A stretch of DNA of 64,000 nucleotides from Lucifera butyrica. GTDB lineage: Bacteria > Bacillota > Negativicutes > Sporomusales > UPPP01. The stretch spans positions 8,651-72,650 of the forward strand of contig NZ_UPPP01000062.1 of the NCBI RefSeq assembly GCF_900476375.1, read 5' to 3'. The notes beneath the pieces are model-generated. The model ran no database searches. It was not told the DNA's origin and saw nothing but the letters and a program-made list of their open reading frames with translations. A program made the translations under genes and the position numbers. This document shows positions 33,887-43,436 of the stretch, in pieces; the first letter of the stretch is position 1, and each line of letters starts with the position of its first letter.

Positions 33887-34663
33887 TTATGTTTTTTGTT
33901 TCCAGGGCAGGACCCGGGCTTCCAGGAAGTCCAGCAGTAATGAAAAGATATAGCCTAAAACGGAAAGAGTGATTAGGGCCACAAACATCTGCTCGATGTC
34001 GAACATGTCGTAAGCCCGCCAGATCATCCAGCCGACGCCGGCTTTCGCGGCCGACATTTCGGCGGCGACAATTAAAATAAGGGCCATTCCCATTCCCAGT
34101 TTTAATCCGGCAAAAATCATTGGCAAGGCACCCGGCAGAGCGACGGTAAGATAAAAGTTTTTTCTGCCGGCCCCGAAGTTGGTCGCTACATCCAGATAAA
34201 TTTTATCAATATTGAGAACCCCGGCCATTGTATTAATCACGACTAGGTAGAATACGCCAATGGCAATGGTGAAGATTTTTGATGTTTCCCCCAGGCCGAA
34301 AACAAGAAGAATTAACGGCATCAGCGCCAGTTTGGGGATTGGATATGTAGCCGATAAAAGCGGTTCAAAAATGGAACGGACAATTGGCGATAAACCCATA
34401 CTGATACCCAGCAAAATTCCGGGGACGGACCCGGCGATAAAGCCCCATAGGACTCTTTGCACACTGATCCAGGTATTATATAAAAGGTCACCGGATAAGA
34501 GAAGGGGAATAAAAGCCTTTAAGACAAGACTGGGACTGGATAACAGCCGGGTGTCGATGATGCCGGTCCTGGCTAACAATTCCCATATGAAAAGGAGCGT
34601 CAAAGGAGATAGGATGGAAATAATTTTCTTTATATGATTCACTTTCCAACTCACCTCCTCCAA
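33887..34663 (-). CDS. ABC transporter permease (SsuC/TauC-like)
   Basis: BPD-transporter inner-membrane fold with an EAA-like loop. Operon with the ATPase. Confidence 0.8.
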   Translation of the reverse strand: MEEVSWKVNHIKKIISILSPLTLLFIWELLARTGIIDTRLLSSPSLVLKAFIPLLLSGDLLYNTWISVQRVLWGFIAGSVPGILLGISMGLSPIVRSIFEPLLSATYPIPKLALMPLILLVFGLGETSKIFTIAIGVFYLVVINTMAGVLNIDKIYLDVATNFGAGRKNFYLTVALPGALPMIFAGLKLGMGMALILIVAAEMSAAKAGVGWMIWRAYDMFDIEQMFVALITLSVLGYIFSLLLDFLEARVLPWKQKT

Positions 34664-34683
34664 TTAAAAATAGATGCGTAAGG

Positions 34684-35769
34684 TTATTTGTATCCGCCCA
34701 GTACGTTGATGGCAAAATCAACGTATTGATTGTCAACGGCGTCATTTAGTTCAATGTTGCTTTTTAATAAATGATGCTCTTTATACCAGGCTAAATCCAT
34801 GGCGACTCCTTTTGTGCGCAGGTAGCCGTCGGGATTTAATCCTGTTGGAAACATTTTTTCGTACAGGGAGGGATCTTTGATGACTGAGTATTTACAAAGA
34901 ATGTTAATCATTTCCTGGCGGTTCTTATTTTTAAAGAAGGCATCATTGTAATCTCTCAGCGACTTTACATAGGCTGTCATAAAGCGGTTAGCCAGGTCGG
35001 GACGGGAAGTCATACTGGTGCCATATACCAAAAAAGCGGTCTGGGCATCGGGGTCGTATTCGGCGGGGTCTTTCCAGGGGTCAAGGATGCCCTTGGCGAT
35101 GCCTTGTGCAATAAACGGCTCGATTACCATAGCCGCGTCAATGCTTCGATTGGACAGGGAGACCAGCATATCGGGAAAGGCCCGGATTACCTGAAGATCG
35201 ACGTCTTTGGTAGTGAGGTTTGCTTTCTGCAGAACCCGGTCCAGCGCGATTTCATCGAGGGAGGCTGTGCCGACGATGGCAATTTTTCGACCGCGCAGGT
35301 CGGCATAATCTTTAATGGTGTCCGTTAAATCTTTGCGAATGACAAGGCGGTAATACCCTTGGCCGGGAACATTGATTCCTTTGTCGGCTACAATTTTTAT
35401 AGGAATATCCCGGGACATGGCATTGAATAATCCTGCAGCGGATACTGTGGCGCCAACATCTAATTGTCCGGCCGCCAACTGGTTAATCATTTCCTGTCCG
35501 GAATTAAATTGTACCGGTTCGATCCGGATGCCTAAGTCTTGATAATATCCTTTGGCCATGCCGATGAGAATGCCCGCGTCGGAGATAACCTGTTTCATTC
35601 CTACTTTGACTACCGTTTCCTGCGGCAGCGGGGTAAGACCGGCAGCCCAAACCGGTCCTTGAGACGGTGCTGTTTTTACCGGTGCCTGGGCAGGTTGGCG
35701 GCCGCAGGCGGTGAAGGTAAGTATAGCAATCAGCGCCAGGGTTAAACCTATGTAAAGGTTTTTTTTCAT
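34684..35769 (-). CDS. ABC transporter substrate-binding protein (NMT1/SsuA/TauA-like), lipoprotein
   Basis: Signal peptide with lipobox (LTFTACG). Periplasmic-binding fold typical of sulfonate/nitrate binding proteins. Confidence 0.75.
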   Translation of the reverse strand: MKKNLYIGLTLALIAILTFTACGRQPAQAPVKTAPSQGPVWAAGLTPLPQETVVKVGMKQVISDAGILIGMAKGYYQDLGIRIEPVQFNSGQEMINQLAAGQLDVGATVSAAGLFNAMSRDIPIKIVADKGINVPGQGYYRLVIRKDLTDTIKDYADLRGRKIAIVGTASLDEIALDRVLQKANLTTKDVDLQVIRAFPDMLVSLSNRSIDAAMVIEPFIAQGIAKGILDPWKDPAEYDPDAQTAFLVYGTSMTSRPDLANRFMTAYVKSLRDYNDAFFKNKNRQEMINILCKYSVIKDPSLYEKMFPTGLNPDGYLRTKGVAMDLAWYKEHHLLKSNIELNDAVDNQYVDFAINVLGGYK

Positions 35770-35901
35770 GGGTATCCCTCCCGTAACCTGTTTAAAAACT
35801 ACTGCATTATATTCAGTGGATTCATTTTTGGTAACCGGCGAGGAAGGTATTTTATTGCTGGGAAAGAATATATTATTAACGTTGGGAGTGGACGACCTGA
35901 A

Positions 35902-36573
35902 ATGGAAAAAATAATTGAAAAGATTGATGAATGGGCTTTGCTGAAAACCTTGCCTGCCGAATATATGGGTTTTCAGTTAGATATAGAAAAAGAACAACAG
36001 GGGACTCAATACCGCATTTTTTCTTACCGCAATCAAGCACGTCACCGGTGCGTATCCGCTCTTTACGACCATGCTACCAGGGATTTTCTGGTCCGGCTGA
36101 TTATTGGACTGACCGAATATTGTGAAGTTATTTTCATTTCCCCCAGTATGGAATTTTTTGAAAGAATGTTGAATGAGCGCTTATTTAAGACGCTGAGCGG
36201 TATGGCCGAATTTGAACCTGATTCGTTAAGCTGTGTTTTCCGGGATAAAAAAGTGCTGGAGTGGCCGTATGGAGCCCGCTTGCCGGAGAATATCGCCGGC
36301 TTTAGCCTATTTATCCGGCCCCGGGAGCCGGTAAAGGTGATTAATGGCTCCTATATTGTTATCGATTATAGTGATTTTGCGGTAGAAAGCAATTTAATCA
36401 TATATTACAACATCTACCGGGATGAGTTTTTCGGTGAAATCCGGGTACGGCGCACGCCGGAAATGGTGGCTGTTTTTGATTCCAGGAACTTAGAGGAGTT
36501 GCAGGAAAAACTGACGCATCATTTACAGCCCGTATTGGAACAGGTCCGGCATAAAGTTGAACAGGAAACGTGA
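35902..36573 (+). CDS. hypothetical protein (no recognisable domain)
   Basis: 223-aa ORF with RBS. The downstream CheY-like gene is tightly coupled to it (24 nt). Confidence 0.5.
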   Translation: MEKIIEKIDEWALLKTLPAEYMGFQLDIEKEQQGTQYRIFSYRNQARHRCVSALYDHATRDFLVRLIIGLTEYCEVIFISPSMEFFERMLNERLFKTLSGMAEFEPDSLSCVFRDKKVLEWPYGARLPENIAGFSLFIRPREPVKVINGSYIVIDYSDFAVESNLIIYYNIYRDEFFGEIRVRRTPEMVAVFDSRNLEELQEKLTHHLQPVLEQVRHKVEQET

Positions 36574-36596
36574 TACTATTTTTTAGGAGGACGCTT

Positions 36597-36959
36597 ATGG
36601 CAAGAATATTAATCTGCGATGATTCTGCCTTTATGAGAATGATTTTGAAAAAAATGTTACAGGAGAATGGACATGAAGTCGTTGCTGAAGCGGAAAATGG
36701 CAAGCAGGCAGTCCAACTATATAAAGAACATACCCCGGATGTGACCACGATGGATATTACTATGCCGGAAATGGATGGGATTGAAGCCGTCAAGTTGATT
36801 CATGCGGAAAATCCGATTGCTCGTGTTATTATGGTAACTGCGATTGGCCAGCGGCCAATTATTTCCGATGCCTTGCAAGCCGGCGCCTCCGATTTCATCG
36901 TTAAACCGTTCGAAGCGAATCAGGTGCTGCGTACGATCCGGGATGTGCTGAATCACTAA
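36597..36959 (+). CDS. single-domain response regulator (CheY-like receiver)
   Basis: ILICDDSAFMRMILKKML...DVTTMDITMPEMDG...K receiver motifs. No output domain. Confidence 0.85.
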   Translation: MARILICDDSAFMRMILKKMLQENGHEVVAEAENGKQAVQLYKEHTPDVTTMDITMPEMDGIEAVKLIHAENPIARVIMVTAIGQRPIISDALQAGASDFIVKPFEANQVLRTIRDVLNH

Positions 36960-36975
36960 CAATGACATGTTTTTC

Positions 36976-37005
36976 TTGACAGTAAATCGCTAAGTAGGTA
37001 TAATA
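36976..37005 (+). promoter_or_regulatory. strong sigma-A promoter P1 of tRNA cluster 2 (TTGACA-17-TATAAT)
   Basis: cTTGACAgtaaatcgctaagtaggTATAAT. Confidence 0.6.
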
Positions 37006-37051
37006 CATTTTGTGTTTACGAAATAATGGCTAAGCTAAATACAAGTTGATG

Positions 37052-37080
37052 TTGACATTGTATTTAGAATGGTGTATAAT
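37052..37080 (+). promoter_or_regulatory. strong sigma-A promoter P2 of tRNA cluster 2 (TTGACA-17-TATAAT)
   Basis: gTTGACAttgtatttagaatggtgTATAAT, about 20 nt upstream of tRNA-Asp. Confidence 0.65.
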
Positions 37081-37100
37081 ATATTTTGCGATTATGTCAC

Positions 37101-37176
37101 GGCCCGGTGGTGTAGTGGTTAACATGCCGCCCTGTCACGGCGGAGATCGAGGGTTCAAGTCCCTTCCGGGTCGCCA
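37101..37176 (+). tRNA. tRNA-Asp (GTC)
   Basis: Identical to the copy at 29520. Confidence 0.85.
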
Positions 37177-37205
37177 TTTTACATTGAAACCTACGGCGTA
37201 CATTT

Positions 37206-37281
<76 letters not shown>

Positions 37282-37288
37282 TATATAT

Positions 37289-37363
37289 GCGGAAGTAGCT
37301 CAGTGGTAGAGCATCGCCTTGCCAAGGCGAGGGTCGCGAGTTCGAATCTCGTTTTCCGCTCCA
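37289..37363 (+). tRNA. tRNA-Gly (GCC)
   Basis: Identical to the copy at 29601. Confidence 0.85.
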
Positions 37364-37367
37364 GAAT

Positions 37368-37442
<75 letters not shown>

Positions 37443-37454
37443 AATTAATTTTAG

Positions 37455-37485
37455 CAAACCACCCCATGACGGGGTGGTTTTTTGT
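37455..37485 (+). terminator. rho-independent terminator of tRNA cluster 2
   Basis: aaaCCACCCCatgacGGGGTGGtttttt. Confidence 0.8.
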
Positions 37486-37639
37486 GTGTCTGAGAATGAC
37501 CACTGTCTGGGGAATTTTGTTGATTTTTGCATTGTTGTTACAATTAGAATTCATTTTATAGATACTCTTGTTTTTTCAAGCAGGATATTGCTTCTTTTAT
37601 GACGAATAAATAGTACGGAATTTGGAAGGGGTTGATGGA

Positions 37640-39301
37640 ATGATAAGTGATGAAGTAAAAAAAGGTTCAACCAGGACGGCGCATCGTTCTTTATTTTATG
37701 CCATGGGTTATACGCCGGATGATTTGGCAAAGCCGCTGATCGGCGTTGTTAATGCGCAGAATGAAATTATTCCCGGGCATATTCACTTGGATAGTATTGC
37801 GGAAGCAGTTAAGTTTGGCGTCGCTTCGGAAGGGGGTACCCCGATCGAATTTCCGGCGATCGGAATCTGCGACGGCATTGCTATGGGCCATGAAGGCATG
37901 AAGTATCCGCTTCCCAGCCGGGAGTTAATTGCCGACAGCATTGAGGCGATGACCATCGCCCATAAATTTGACGGACTGGTTTTGATTCCTAATTGCGATA
38001 AAATAGTACCGGGAATGTTGATGGCGGCGGCCCGTTTAAATATTCCCGCCGTTGTCGTCAGTGGAGGGCCTATGATGGCCGGCCGGTATAACGGCAAGGA
38101 TATCAGCGTCAGCAATATGTTTGAAGCAGCCGGTTTGTTTGAAGCCGGTCGAATTACGGGTGCGGAGTTGCAGCGAATGGAACAGGCCAGTTGCCCGGGC
38201 TGTGGTTCCTGTGCCGGCTTGTTTACGGCCAATACCATGAATTGTATGACGGAAGTGCTGGGAATGGGGCTTCCGGGTAATGGGACGATTCCGGCCGCCT
38301 ATTTCGGCGCCCGGCGGGCGTTGGCAAAGGAAGCCGGTAAGAAAATTATGGAGTTAGTGCGCCAGAATGTCAAACCGCGCGATATTATGACGAAAGAAGC
38401 GTTTATGAATGCCATTACCGTTGATATGGCGATTGGCGGTTCAACGAATACTGTTTTGCATCTTCCCGCGATTGCCCATGAGGCCGGAATTGCCTTGGAA
38501 CTGGAATTGTTTGATGCAATCAGTGCCAAAACTCCGTATATTACCAAATTGAGTCCGGGCGGTACACATCACATGCAGGATCTGAATGAAGCCGGCGGTA
38601 TTCCCGCGGTTATGAAGGAATTGAGCAAAGCCGGCGTTATTTTTAAAGGATGTAAGTCGGTTAATGGTAAAACGGTAGGAGAAAACATTGCCAATGCGGA
38701 AATTAAACGGGACGAAGTAATCCGTTCGGTTGAGAACCCTTATCGTAAACGGGGAGGCATTGCCATTTTACGGGGGAATATTGCCCGGGACGGGGCGGTT
38801 GTGAAGGAAAGCGCCGTCGATGAAGCAATGCTTTGTCATAGTGGGCCGGCCAGAGTATTTGATTCGGAAGACCAGGCCATTACGGCCCTGCTTGGCAAAA
38901 AAATAAATAAAGGAGATGTTGTTGTAATTTGCTATGAAGGTCCCAAGGGGGGGCCGGGGATGCGGGAAATGCTCAATCCGACCGCCGTCATTGCCGGAAT
39001 GGGCCTCGACCGGGATGTGGCCTTATTGACGGATGGCCGCTTCTCGGGTGCGTCACGGGGCGCCGCTATCGGCCATATTTCTCCGGAATGCATGGATGGC
39101 GGAGCTTTGGCGCTGGTACAGGAGGGGGATATTATTGATATTGATATTCCGGGCCGTACCTTAAATGTGAGGGTTAGTGACGACGAACTGTCCCGGAGAA
39201 GAAAAACTTGGCTAAAACCGGAACCCAAAGTCACGACCGGTTATTTGGCACGGTATGCCCGCATGGTAAGTTCGGCCAGCACCGGTGCAGTTTTGAAATA
39301 A
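37640..39301 (+). CDS. ilvD: dihydroxy-acid dehydratase
   Basis: [37 protein letters not shown] (Fe-S ligands) and DGRFSGAS motifs. Confidence 0.95.
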   Translation: MISDEVKKGSTRTAHRSLFYAMGYTPDDLAKPLIGVVNAQNEIIPGHIHLDSIAEAVKFGVASEGGTPIEFPAIGICDGIAMGHEGMKYPLPSRELIADSIEAMTIAHKFDGLVLIPNCDKIVPGMLMAAARLNIPAVVVSGGPMMAGRYNGKDISVSNMFEAAGLFEAGRITGAELQRMEQASCPGCGSCAGLFTANTMNCMTEVLGMGLPGNGTIPAAYFGARRALAKEAGKKIMELVRQNVKPRDIMTKEAFMNAITVDMAIGGSTNTVLHLPAIAHEAGIALELELFDAISAKTPYITKLSPGGTHHMQDLNEAGGIPAVMKELSKAGVIFKGCKSVNGKTVGENIANAEIKRDEVIRSVENPYRKRGGIAILRGNIARDGAVVKESAVDEAMLCHSGPARVFDSEDQAITALLGKKINKGDVVVICYEGPKGGPGMREMLNPTAVIAGMGLDRDVALLTDGRFSGASRGAAIGHISPECMDGGALALVQEGDIIDIDIPGRTLNVRVSDDELSRRRKTWLKPEPKVTTGYLARYARMVSSASTGAVLK

Positions 39302-39395
39302 AATGGGAAAATCTGGTGCGGAAATTTATTATTTTTTCTTGCCAACTTTACTTTTTTGATATATAATAATTACGTTATCGTTGCTAGACACTTTT

Positions 39396-39484
39396 GCCGG
39401 GGTGGCGGAACAGGCAGACGCAAGGGACTTAAAATCCCTCGGGTGGTAACACCCGTACCGGTTCGATTCCGGTTCCCGGCACCA
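39396..39484 (+). tRNA. tRNA-Leu (TAA)
   Basis: Acceptor GCCGGGG/TCCCGGC, anticodon loop CTTAAAA, long variable arm, CCA encoded. Confidence 0.8.
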
Positions 39485-39633
39485 TTTATTTGTGTGAAGT
39501 GCTGAGCAATTTTATATTTATGGCAAATTTATTTTTGGGGTTATAAATTCTATATCATAATTGTTGTCTAGGGTTTTGGAGGAGTCTGTCATGCAGGCTC
39601 CTTTTTATTTTTTTTGCGAAAGGATGTTGTCGT

Positions 39634-40920
39634 GTGCATGAAATTGCGTTCTGGGGATCAATCCTAATTTTTCTCGTCACCTATGCCTTGATCGTTTGGG
39701 AAAAGGTTCATCGTATGATTGTGGCAATGGCGGGAGGGCTTTGCATGCTGCTGTTGGGTTTTTTAAGCCAGGAAACAGCGATTAAAGACGATATTGACTT
39801 TAACACCATCGGCCTGTTGATTGGCATGATGATTTTAGTAACGATTACGCGGCGCACCGGCGTATTCGAGGCGATTGCCATATGGGCCGCCAGAGTGACC
39901 GGCGGCCGCCCGGTCCGTTTGCTGGGGTTGCTGTCGGTTATTACGGCGGTCGCATCGGCCTTACTGGACAATGTTACCACCGTTCTGCTGCTGGTGCCGG
40001 TTACGTTAACGCTGACAGATAAGTTGCAGATTAATCCGGTGCCGTTTTTGATTTCGGAAATTCTGGCTTCAAATATTGGCGGTACTGCGACGCTGATCGG
40101 CGATCCGCCAAATATCATGATTGGCAGCGCTGTGGGGTTAAGCTTTAATTCATTTCTGGTGCATTTGGCACCGGCGGTTTTGCTTATTTTGGTGATTACC
40201 GTGGGCCTGCTGATGTTTATATACCGGAATGAACTGCGCGGTAACGCGGCAAGCAGGCAGGAAGTGCTATGTTTATCTATCCGGGAACAAATTAAGGACT
40301 GGTTGTTGTTGAAAAAATCATTATTTATTTTAGGACTGACGATGATATTATTTATGTTTCACAGTTTGTTTCAACTGGAATCAGCTACGATTGCTCTGGC
40401 CGGTGCCATGCTGTTGCTGTTTTTAAGCGGGGAAGAACCGGAGGAAATCCTGCTGCTTGTGGAGTGGCCGACTATTTTCTTTTTTGCCGGTTTATTTGTA
40501 CTGGTGGGAGGCCTGAAAGCCGCCGGGGTGATCCGGGAACTGGCTGCCTGGAGCTTAACAATCACCCAGGGACAGGTGGTGGGGACTTCTTTTTTGATTC
40601 TCTGGCTGGCGGCCATAGCGTCTGCTTTTATCGATAATATTCCCTTTGTTGCTACCATGATTCCTATGCTGCAGGAAATGGGGCGGATGTCCGGGGGAAA
40701 TCAGGAGGTAGTCTGGTGGTCATTGGCACTGGGAGCGTGTTTGGGCGGAAACGGCACACTCATTGGGGCGTCTGCCAATGTAATCGTTGCCGGTATCGCG
40801 GAAAAAAACGGAATCCGGCTTTCCTTCGGCCGGTTTTTTAAAATTGCTTTCCCACTGATGTTATTATCTATTTTAATTGGGCAAGGTTATATCTATTGGC
40901 GTTATTTTTCCGCGCCCTGA
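39634..40920 (+). CDS. ArsB/NhaD-superfamily permease (YbiR/anion-permease like)
   Basis: 428 aa with 10 or more TM segments. Internal two-fold repeat with GDPPNIMIG / GASANVIVAGIAEK loops typical of ArsB/NhaD/CitMHS-type ion transporters. Confidence 0.7.
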   Translation: MHEIAFWGSILIFLVTYALIVWEKVHRMIVAMAGGLCMLLLGFLSQETAIKDDIDFNTIGLLIGMMILVTITRRTGVFEAIAIWAARVTGGRPVRLLGLLSVITAVASALLDNVTTVLLLVPVTLTLTDKLQINPVPFLISEILASNIGGTATLIGDPPNIMIGSAVGLSFNSFLVHLAPAVLLILVITVGLLMFIYRNELRGNAASRQEVLCLSIREQIKDWLLLKKSLFILGLTMILFMFHSLFQLESATIALAGAMLLLFLSGEEPEEILLLVEWPTIFFFAGLFVLVGGLKAAGVIRELAAWSLTITQGQVVGTSFLILWLAAIASAFIDNIPFVATMIPMLQEMGRMSGGNQEVVWWSLALGACLGGNGTLIGASANVIVAGIAEKNGIRLSFGRFFKIAFPLMLLSILIGQGYIYWRYFSAP

Positions 40921-41040
40921 GCCCTGTGCCTCGAGCCGAAAGAGCGTCAGTGGTCTTTCTTTAATATGTTGTAACAGTCGACGATGGACTATCATATTAT
41001 GTTAATGGGATACCCAAACATTTATAGGAGGTGAAGTCTG

Positions 41041-41457
41041 ATGGGATATTATAATTATGGTATGTCCAGCTGCCAGTCCATGAAATGTATGTCTTGCATG
41101 CATGCCATGAAATGTATGTCCAGTTGCCAGCCTATGTATAGTTGTGAATCGATGTCCAGCTGCCAATCTATGAAATATATGTATAGTTGTCAGTCGATGT
41201 CCAGTTGCCACTCCATGAAATGCATGTCCAGCTGCCATCCCATGTCCAGTTGCCAGTCCATGAAATGTATGTCCAGTTGCCAGCCTATGTCCAGTTGCCA
41301 GTCTATGAAATGTATGTCCAGTTGCCAGCCTATGTACAGTTGCCAGTCTATGAAATGCATGTCCAGCTGTCAGCCTATGTACAGTTGCGAATCGATGTAT
41401 AGTTGCCAGTCCATGAAATGCATGTCCAGCTGTCAATCCATGATGTATGGTCGGTAA
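41041..41457 (+). CDS. Cys/Met-rich low-complexity repeat protein (about 20 tandem hexapeptides of type S-C-Q/H/E-S/P-M-K/Y/S)
   Basis: Strong RBS (TAGGAGGTGA, 6 nt spacer). 138 aa containing 25 Cys and 27 Met. 18-27-nt DNA repeats. Followed by a strong terminator. Confidence 0.7.
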   Translation: MGYYNYGMSSCQSMKCMSCMHAMKCMSSCQPMYSCESMSSCQSMKYMYSCQSMSSCHSMKCMSSCHPMSSCQSMKCMSSCQPMSSCQSMKCMSSCQPMYSCQSMKCMSSCQPMYSCESMYSCQSMKCMSSCQSMMYGR

Positions 41458-41475
41458 TAAAACTAAATAAAACTA

Positions 41476-41522
41476 AAAATCAGCACCAGGTACTGCTGTC
41501 CCGGTGCTGATTTTCTATTTTT
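41476..41522. terminator. bidirectional rho-independent terminator
   Basis: AATCAGCACCaggtactgctgtcccGGTGCTGATT followed by TTCTATTTTT, with an A-run upstream. Confidence 0.8.
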
Positions 41523-41529
41523 ACAGTTA

Positions 41530-41595
41530 CAGAAAGTATAACTTTTCAGTAAAATACTTTCTTCCTGCTTAAAGACCTTTCAGGTCTTTCTTCTT
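41530..41595 (+). repeat. copy A (short form) of a repeated structured element. The 5' block cagaaagtataactttt and the 3' block taaaatactttc...AAAGACC-n5-GGTCTTTCTT are shared with 51161-51266
   Basis: Direct comparison of both loci. Two hairpins: GAAAGTAT..ATACTTTC and AAAGACC..GGTCTTT. Confidence 0.6.
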
Positions 41596-43402
41596 ATCTG
41601 GAGAGATGAATTTGATTGAGGGGATTTTGGGCGTAGCTTTCTTTCAGTTTCCGGTAGGCTTTTTCCGTCGGCAGGTAAGAACAATGTTCTTTATAGGGGC
41701 AGCTATTACAGTTCCAGCAATTTAACTGACCTAAATAGGAAAGGATTGTTGTCTGGTTACCAAATTCACTGATTACACCGTGAACTATATTGGGAGGATA
41801 AAAGGTGCTTAAAATATCTAAAGCTTCTTCATCATTCAATTTTTCGGTCCGGGTAGCAATATAATCTCTTACACATTTATAATAAGTCACTACACTGGGG
41901 TTAGACGGATTGTTGTTTTTGTTATTTTCTAAAAAACGGTTAAATGTTGTATAGGCTTTGGCGAAGTCGCCTTTTTGATAATGGAGTGCGGTAAGGAACA
42001 GGTCTATATTGCTATAGTACCAGGGCAGCGATTCCGGTAAAGACAGATTTAACAAATCGGTAACCGCAGCGACGGGACTATAACCGGTTGTTTCCAAAAA
42101 ACGGATCAATTCTTCCCTTTGGCCGTCGGTTAAGGACGGCAGAGAACGGAGCAGCCGGCGGATTTTATTATATTCCGCGTAGTCGGTTATGGCCTTGCGG
42201 TCGGAGATTTTCTCAATTTCACTCAGTCCCGGAACAATAACATGAAAGGCGGGAAAGCCTAAAAAGGAAACGTCCCGGATAAACGTGCTGTAGCCTTGTC
42301 TGGCCAGCAACTGGATTAAATGCGTCAACAGTTCTTTATTGCTGAAGCCGTGCACGTCTTCCAATTCCTTAAAATCATAACTGTAGTTATGACTGAAAAA
42401 GTTGGCGGGATAAAAGCCGGAGCCGTTAACGAGAATTCCCATCAGGTTTTCTGCATCCAAATCGCTGTGGTAACAAAATTCTCTTACCCCCATCATCCGG
42501 TGAATGTCCTGCCCTTGCAGCAATTCGGTAAGCGTTCGTTCGGCGGCAATTTCAAATATGGGGTGGGCACCGAATTTAACAAAATAATTCTGCGTATCTT
42601 TATTGATATAAATAACGCCAACTACGGGAAAATTTAGTCCCAGTGAGCAATCTTTCAAAATGATTTCACAGTTGCTGCTGGCTTTCAATTTAGCTATCAT
42701 GGAAGCTATGTTAGAATATTTATTAATGAACCAACCAGGGATGTCGGGAGGACATAACCGTTCATTAATAATTTTCTGGTTGGCAAATCGCTCCATAATT
42801 TCCGAAATTCCTTGAACGACGGCTTCTTCCAGGGTATTTCCCGCGCACATGCCGTTTGACATGTACATCTTGGATGCCATTTTAACCGGGATATAGGAAA
42901 TTTGATTGTTTGTCCGGTTTAGGTAAGGGAGCGCAATGAAATCGGCGGGAATCGTTTCGTAGGAAACATCCATCCAGCGTTGCAGGAGTTCTGCTTTATC
43001 TATAGCCGGATCCAGACGGTTCCACTGTTCGCGGAACCAATCCTCTTTACTGCTCAGTACCTCCTCAAAACTCATTTTCTTCTCATCGGGAGCGTAAAAA
43101 AAACCAAGATACTCCAGCGCCTCTTGCCGTAAATCCAGATTGAGCCGGAAAGTAGCCTGGTTTTGCAGGCGCTCCATTAATTCGCCGTAGGCGCTGGCCA
43201 GGGCCAGGTCGGCGGTAGCGCCTTTGCCATTTGTTGATAAACAGGTGTCAACAATTTGAACGGTAACTGAGAAAAAACCTTCTACTGAATTTTTCCAGAC
43301 TGTTTCGATGGTTAAAAGATCCAGATCCTTTAAAATGGTGCGGATCGTATGGATTGTGGTTAACGGCGGCCGGTCTTTATAGTGACTGTCGGATATTGCC
43401 AT
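41594..43402 (-). CDS. ycaO: YcaO-domain protein (E. coli YcaO-like, 602 aa) with C-terminal TPR-like region and a terminal CX2CX2CX5C cysteine cluster
   Basis: TNGKGATADLALASAYGELMERL matches the N-terminal YcaO ATP-binding/active-site block of E. coli YcaO (TNGKGATKKAALASALGEYFERL). C-terminal ...CWNCNSCPYKEHC. Confidence 0.8.
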   Translation of the reverse strand: MAISDSHYKDRPPLTTIHTIRTILKDLDLLTIETVWKNSVEGFFSVTVQIVDTCLSTNGKGATADLALASAYGELMERLQNQATFRLNLDLRQEALEYLGFFYAPDEKKMSFEEVLSSKEDWFREQWNRLDPAIDKAELLQRWMDVSYETIPADFIALPYLNRTNNQISYIPVKMASKMYMSNGMCAGNTLEEAVVQGISEIMERFANQKIINERLCPPDIPGWFINKYSNIASMIAKLKASSNCEIILKDCSLGLNFPVVGVIYINKDTQNYFVKFGAHPIFEIAAERTLTELLQGQDIHRMMGVREFCYHSDLDAENLMGILVNGSGFYPANFFSHNYSYDFKELEDVHGFSNKELLTHLIQLLARQGYSTFIRDVSFLGFPAFHVIVPGLSEIEKISDRKAITDYAEYNKIRRLLRSLPSLTDGQREELIRFLETTGYSPVAAVTDLLNLSLPESLPWYYSNIDLFLTALHYQKGDFAKAYTTFNRFLENNKNNNPSNPSVVTYYKCVRDYIATRTEKLNDEEALDILSTFYPPNIVHGVISEFGNQTTILSYLGQLNCWNCNSCPYKEHCSYLPTEKAYRKLKESYAQNPLNQIHLSR

Positions 43403-43436
43403 ATAAGCACCTCACTGCCAATATTTTAGTGGAGAA

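Noticed and set aside
41002-41436. 144-aa His-rich ORF (HAFHGLATIHRF...) on the minus strand
   Set aside because: It is the antisense reading of the Cys/Met repeat gene. It has no RBS, and the plus-strand gene has a consensus RBS and terminator.
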